Shown: positions 57,335 through 64,000 of the stretch, piece by piece
Layout: the number at the start of each line of letters is the position of its first letter
Position numbering within the stretch: position 1 is the stretch's first letter
Assembly: GCA_951406725.2 (NCBI GenBank)
Contig: OX597830.1
Coordinates: 74,834,001-74,898,000, forward strand
Source of the DNA: Octopus vulgaris
Taxonomy: Eukaryota
Length of the DNA: 64,000 bases
Direction: 5' to 3'
The notes under the pieces: generated by a model
What the model was told of the DNA's origin: nothing
The model's database searches: none
What the model saw: only the letters and a program-made list of their open reading frames with translations
Position numbers and translations under genes: made by a program

Positions 57335-59132
57335 CACATACATATATACATATATATATATGCACATATGTATGTATCCATATATGTATTTACATACGCA
57401 TTTACCTCTCAGACTTATAATTTCATATATATTAATATATATGTATGTGTATATGTATATATAATGTGTTCACCACGGAGACATATAAACTTCGTATATG
57501 TATATATATGCGTATAAATGTGTGTATGCATTTGTGTGTGTGTCATTGTCTGTTGTATATGTATATGACGTGAAAGAATACTAATAAAAAAATCCCTTAT
57601 ATATGAAGTTTTACTACTTCCTGTGACTAGCCATGCGCACTTCCACCAACGCTTGCTACAAAATACGAACGTTTCCTCATCTATAGCTACGACAAAACAC
57701 CAACGCCGACAACAACAACAACAAACATTGCAAACAACAGCATCATCAACAGCAGCAACACATGCAACAAATATTGCAATCCTTTAAATCTATTCATATG
57801 TTTTTGTTTTCTCCTTTTTTTATTCATATATTTTATAGTTGTTCCGATTTATGTTTTTTTTTCATTTTTCCCTGTTGCATAAAATAATAATCAGAATACT
57901 TGATATATTTTCATGAGAAGTTAATAGTAGTTATTGTTCTGTTGAAGTTTATAGGGTGTGAATATTGAATATGCAATATGAGGGAGTAGATTTGTATATT
58001 TATGTGGAAATAAAGAGAGAATTTATTTTTTTCCTTCTCTCTCTAAACGTCGCTCGTGATTTCACTCTCTCTCTCTCTCTGCAATAACTATTTCAAAATC
58101 TATTTTTTTGTTGTTGTTGTCTGTTGTACGTAGGAGGGGAGTAAAATATTTTATAGTGTGTTAGTTTTTCAATTAAGCTAAAAAGTACAATAAATTGTAT
58201 TTCCTATTCGTGTTAATATATAGAAATGTACAAAACCTTTGGCATAGTTGCTGTGCTTGTCTACGACTTAGGTGCATCTGTGACCTAAGCACACACATTC
58301 ACATATACACAATCATGTGTGTGTGTGTGTGTTTACATGCATTTGTATTCAGAGAATGTATAATGATATGTCATATATTCAAGACAATTTATGCTCACGA
58401 AGTTATCTCTACATTTGTGAGTGCGTGTTAAATACGATGTACATGCACACACACACACACGAGCGCACACATACATACACACATACAGACAGAAGGGATA
58501 TATAGATAAATAGTTTTATGTGTATGTATATTTGTATTTCTCTTTCTATTTATCCATCTATATATACACACACACACACACGCGCGCACACACATATAAA
58601 CACTGACACATATCTACATTCATATATGCATATATATTTATATTTATGCATGTATATATACAGAGGATTACATATCTGTGTACATAGATATATTCTTTTA
58701 TTTGGGCATGTGTGTGTACTTGGAGCAGATGGTAAGAAAAAAATATATGGAAGCCAGACAGATAGATTGATGTTTTGTGTTGGGATCCACTAATACACTA
58801 CAGACAATCAATGCTTTGATAGTCGTAAATATCTGAAAGACGTTTGGTTATCACTTTTCCAATATAAAGTATTATTGAAAAGTCGGCCATTGCTGGATTT
58901 GACCGCAAAACATAATGAGGCATAGCTTTTGCGTTTTCCTTGCACCTTAAGGCTAGTGTTTGTAGCGCAAACGTTTTTACATTGGGATAACGTCATAAAT
59001 ATGGCGGATGTGAATATTTGCATTATGATCATTCCCCCCTGACTTGACTAGCATTTTAGTTTTGCTGTGGCTCATGTAGGAATGAAATTCAGAGACTATC
59101 ATCTTAAGATCCAAAGTCAGAAATAAATATTC

Positions 59133-59169
<37 letters not shown>

Positions 59170-59461
59170 TACTATTGATGTATGTATATGTGTATATATA
59201 TATTTATATATATGTATTGTCCCTTTGATGGAAGACTTCTATAAATGGGTGAAGATTGCTCAACATTTTAAAACTGATATAATACTTACAATGTTTAATA
59301 AAATGAACTAGCATGAAAGGATCGTACCAAATTACCGAAGATATTCTTGTTGCTTATTTTGATTATAACCAACCCATGGATTTATGTGGATAATACCATA
59401 CAAAATTCTGGTGCCTCTTACTTAAGTACCATATTCATTTGAATCTAAATTTTGCTGAACT

Positions 59462-59508
<47 letters not shown>

Positions 59509-60039
59509 GTTGGTCACGTTATGTATAAAACCAGCTTAGTATTAAACAGAGGGCTTGCTGTGTATTTTCGTTAGGATGTATGTTTATTAAACGTTTACAA
59601 GTATGGGTTCATAGTGACTTCGAAGTTTCAATTTGCTAGCTTGATTCAGTATATACATATTTATATATCAAGTTACATATACGTGCATGCCGGTGAGTAT
59701 AGATCTTACTGCATCGTCATATTCCAGTCGCAATTCTGTACACTACTGCGCCAATATTCTACAAACTTTGCTTTGCTAAACCTAAAGTGATAGAAAATAA
59801 GTCCACATAATCTTCATCAAGAGTCTGATTAGCAATTTGTGAAATTGGTTTTGATTCCTCGGTGAGCTAAGGGTTCGGAAGTTCAATCACTGCTAGCAAC
59901 CTAATATGTCAAAACGCAATTAACTCGCTCAGAGACAATGCTTCGTAAGGTGCTCCGGTGGGTAACCGAGCTTGGCAACCATCACCATCACACATGCTAT
60001 TTCTGTGTCTCTCGTCACCAGAAGTTCAATTATTTCTGT

Positions 60040-60328
60040 CTCTTTCTGTCTCGTTTGTCTATTTATTTTTCTGTCTGTCTGTTTGTCCGTTTGTCTGTAT
60101 GTCATTTCCCTATCTTTGTCTCCTTCTCTCTATATTCATTCCCAGTTCTTTCTTTCTTTCATTCTTTCTGTCTTTCTTTCTTTCTTTCTTCCATTCTTCC
60201 TTTTTCTCTTTCTCTCTCTCTCTTTCTCTCACTCTTTCGTTTCTTAGCCCTAATCCTCTTTCCCATCGCTTTCCTCTCTTTCTCTCTTCCCTGTCTCCCT
60301 TTCTCTCTGCTAGCCTGTATTTATTTCT

Positions 60329-60378
<50 letters not shown>

Positions 60379-60440
60379 TTCTTAAACCCCTCTCTGTATT
60401 TTCTTTACTATATCTCTTCCTATCTCTCTCTCTCTCTTTA
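60040..60440. repeat. Pyrimidine-rich (TTTC)n/(TC)n low-complexity tract
   Basis: Directly visible. Confidence 0.85.
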
Positions 60441-60976
60441 CCGCTGTGTCGTGTCATATCGTTCTTTCCTTTCCATTGTTTTCTCCCCAACTGATTCTCG
60501 AAGGGGTTTCAATATACTAAACTAGCATTTCACATCATTGGAACCAAACGAAGAGGAAGAAACAGAAAAAGTGAGACTGCGAGAGTGGGTAGAACAGTGC
60601 ATGTCTCATTTGGGAGAGGAAGAAGAGGTTAACTTTCTGTCTCTTACTCCTGTCTCTTCGTCCTACTCTATTATTTTAGCATTGCCTCTTATTGCCACTT
60701 TCACATTTCTACAATAGCGTGCGTGCCTAGCTTTTTGTATGCACTTTAATAGCGAACGTAGGTGTACACACCCAGACACATACACAAATGCGCATATAAA
60801 TACACAAGCACATACCTTATGTACCCATACGTCCACACCTTCACAGTTACTGAAATACGTACGTCTTCAGGGAAGGTTATCAATCGATATAACTGACTCA
60901 GTGTTTACATCTATGTCTCCCTGTTTCTGTCTATCTGTCTGTCTGTCTCTCTCACTCACTCTCTACCTCCCTCTCA

Positions 60977-61017
<41 letters not shown>

Positions 61018-61226
61018 TCTATCGATCTATCGATCTATCTATCTATCTCACTAGTCTGATATTTTCCTTGTTTAACCCTTTCTCACTTTTTAGTTGTATA
61101 CAAACTCATGCAAATATATATATATAGAGAGAGAGGGGGAGAGAGGGAGAGATATATATACATGCATACAACCATCCATACATATATATTTGTGTGTGTT
61201 TATTTATGTGCATATATATATAGGCA

Positions 61227-61293
<67 letters not shown>

Positions 61294-61305
61294 ATATGTA
61301 TGTGC

Positions 61306-61349
<44 letters not shown>

Positions 61350-61355
61350 TTATTC

Positions 61356-61399
<44 letters not shown>

Positions 61400-61774
61400 T
61401 TATGACTACCGTTGTTTCTTTGCTTCCCCTTTTCTCCTTGCTCAGTATTTCTTTGTTAAGAGATCCATACAGCAAGTGGAAAGCTTAAAAATAAGTATAA
61501 GGTCGTCATGGTTCAATAATCACTTCAAGGTGACGCATTAGAAAGGCCACAGTCCAATGACTGAAACAAGTGAAAGTACAGACAGAATAATAGGCTGCAA
61601 ACTCTCGCGCGCACTCACACGCACAGGTACATACACTCTCATTGTGTGGCTCGTTTTACAAATAATTGTCAAGCATTTGTCAATGATTCCTTTTATATAT
61701 TTACACACACACACGTATGTATATATATATATATACATATACACACTTATCAATGCATGTATGTATGCATCTAT

Positions 61775-61810
<36 letters not shown>

Positions 61811-62380
61811 GTATATATATATATATGTATATATATGTATGTATATATATGTATATATATATATGTATGTAAGTATAAATAGGAAGTAAGGGGAGCCATA
61901 TTGTAATTAGAATCCAGCATTGCTTTCTAATTAATAAGATGTATTGTAATTAAGTTAATGAAGGATATTCTTCATTTGCACTCGATCATACATTTGCGTA
62001 TGCCCTCACACAATGCATATATACAATATACATTCATGTATACATAAACGGAATTTGTTACTTATAGACCTTCCCTACTTTGCTCCCTATCGATTTATCT
62101 GTATCTACACTGCTACATATGTCTGCGTAAGTGTATGTTTGTGCAGGTTTCTATATATGTGTGCGTGCGTAAGGGGGATTATCTTAATAATATATAAGGT
62201 CAACTCAACTAAACATTATTCAATACTATGAAATCCAAGCAATTTTTACTAAGAACAAAAGCATGAGGATTTTTCCCTTCAAGTATGATAAAACGATTGA
62301 AGTATTTAGAAGGTATTATAAGAGTATATAAATCGCTCCCATTACTTAACTGTGAAGCTGTATTACCTATTGGTTCTGGA

Positions 62381-62520
62381 GCAAAAGACTTTATTTCACG
62401 TTGCTCTGGTACACTCAGATGAACGGATTTGAGCAATGCTAACCGAGTAACCCCACCGCGGACTAGCGTCCTGTTCAAGGGGCAATTTTGTCATTTCAGT
62501 CATTTATGCACCATGGGGAC
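62381..62520 (+). mobile_element. Degenerate SINE body: family-C-like segment plus V-domain-like segment
   Basis: 'gcaaaagactttatttcacgttgctc' followed by 'taaccccaccgcggactagcgtcctgttcaagggg'. Confidence 0.45.
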
Positions 62521-63082
62521 GAGTTATTGGACCTTACACAATCCCTAAACCGTAATGTTTAGGGATTGATTAGTATAATTATTTAACCTATACTTTATTC
62601 TTTTTCAAATTTTGACTTCGACGAGATATTAATACTAAATGTATAGGATACATTAGTACTGTTTGTCTCAAAGTTCAAACATGTCTGCCAATCTGAATTA
62701 TTGCCATAATGATGATTTCGTTCATAGAATCAAGGCAAGCGTTTTCACGGGAAGTCGCCTACTGTTTGAATTAAAAACAAGAATTTTATTCTATTGACAA
62801 CGAAAGAAACAATGTCGACGTTGACTTCGACGGCATTTGATCTCAAAGTAAAATGCTTGAAAAAGTACCTGCAAGGCATATTATACTTCACAATACAATA
62901 TCTGCTAATCAGCTGGTGAATTCTGGTCGAAATGGAATTAACCTAACTCTTAAGAAGTTGTTAGGGTATTTACGGAATTTCGTTTCCTCCAAGAGGGTTG
63001 ATGTTTGTGATCAAGTTGTAAAGTAAATTACAAACGTTCGTAGCTTATCTTGGGATTGTATTATTGTGCATTATATATGAGT

Positions 63083-63259
63083 TGATGAGCTGGCGGAATG
63101 GTTAGTGCGTTGGACAAAAGGTTTAGTGGCATTACTTCTGGGTCTTTACATTCCGATTTGATAAAATAAAGTACCATCAAATAGTCAATTACTATGACCG
63201 ATCTAACAGACTTGTCCCTTCTCTCAAAACTGCTTGACTCGTGTCAAAACTAGAAAGCA

Positions 63260-63260
<1 letters not shown>
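63083..63260 (+). mobile_element. Degenerate SINE family B, tail type 2
   Basis: 'gagctggcggaatggttagtgcgttggacaaaaggtttagtggcatt...cccttctctcaaaactgcttgactcgtgtcaaaactagaaa'. Confidence 0.6.
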
Positions 63261-63303
<43 letters not shown>

Positions 63304-64000
63304 CAATCTAGATGGGATGGACTCTTGTTTTGAGACTATATGTTAGGGAATATTTCTCAGAGAGTTTTCTTTAGATGCAAAAATAATTTCAATATTTAGA
63401 GCTTGTAGAAAGAAAAAACATTCAATATAGCATCGGCACAGTCGGTTTAGTGACGAACAAAATGTTTAACGGCAAATCTTTCGAATTCAAACCTATTTGA
63501 GTCGAAACTATTGAGTAATCTCTGCAATAAAAATGTGTGTTCGGTTGTTTCTTAAGACACTATCCCATAATCTTCTTTGTTTTTCACAGGATCAATAAAA
63601 TCCTAAAGATATTTGGCTGCAACAAGTTTTTTATGGTCTACCATACACAGGAGTAACGGGGATTTCATTTAAGTACTTCATATATTTTCAGGTATCCTAT
63701 CACAAGAATAGCGTTATTCGTGTGTATATGTGTATAAAAAGTGTATACATGTGTATGAATATAAATGTAGCTAGATATTATATGTATTATATAACATACA
63801 TTAAAAGCCAATTTTGCATATACATGTATTAGAAATATATATATATATATACAAATGCACATTCGTATTCAGAAACACAGAGACACACACACTCACACAC
63901 ATATGTATATATATATATATATGTATGTGCGTGTGTGTGTGTGTGTGTGTACATGTATACTTGTATATGCATTATATGTATATTATGGACTATATACATA

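Overview
AT-rich, microsatellite-saturated eukaryotic non-coding DNA (intergenic or deep intronic). The repeat families resemble those of octopus/coleoid cephalopod genomes; this is recognition from memory, not a search. No host protein-coding gene can be supported: almost the whole ORF track is translated (TA)n, (CA)n, (GATA)n, (AAT)n, (AGT)n or (GAT)n. The window does contain: many tRNA-derived SINE copies from at least four families; two complete non-autonomous Helitrons that share a 3' end and point outward; a frameshifted mariner transposase remnant; a ~428-bp tandem duplication; and several short elements in or beside (TA)n tracts that carry minimal type I hammerhead-ribozyme (HHR) motifs with palindromic stem III, typical of Penelope-like/retrozyme elements. 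The best lead is the HHR at 21390-21450 (minus), which has an intact core and an overlapping 52-bp inverted repeat. Coordinates were read by eye, so boundaries of degenerate repeats are approximate.
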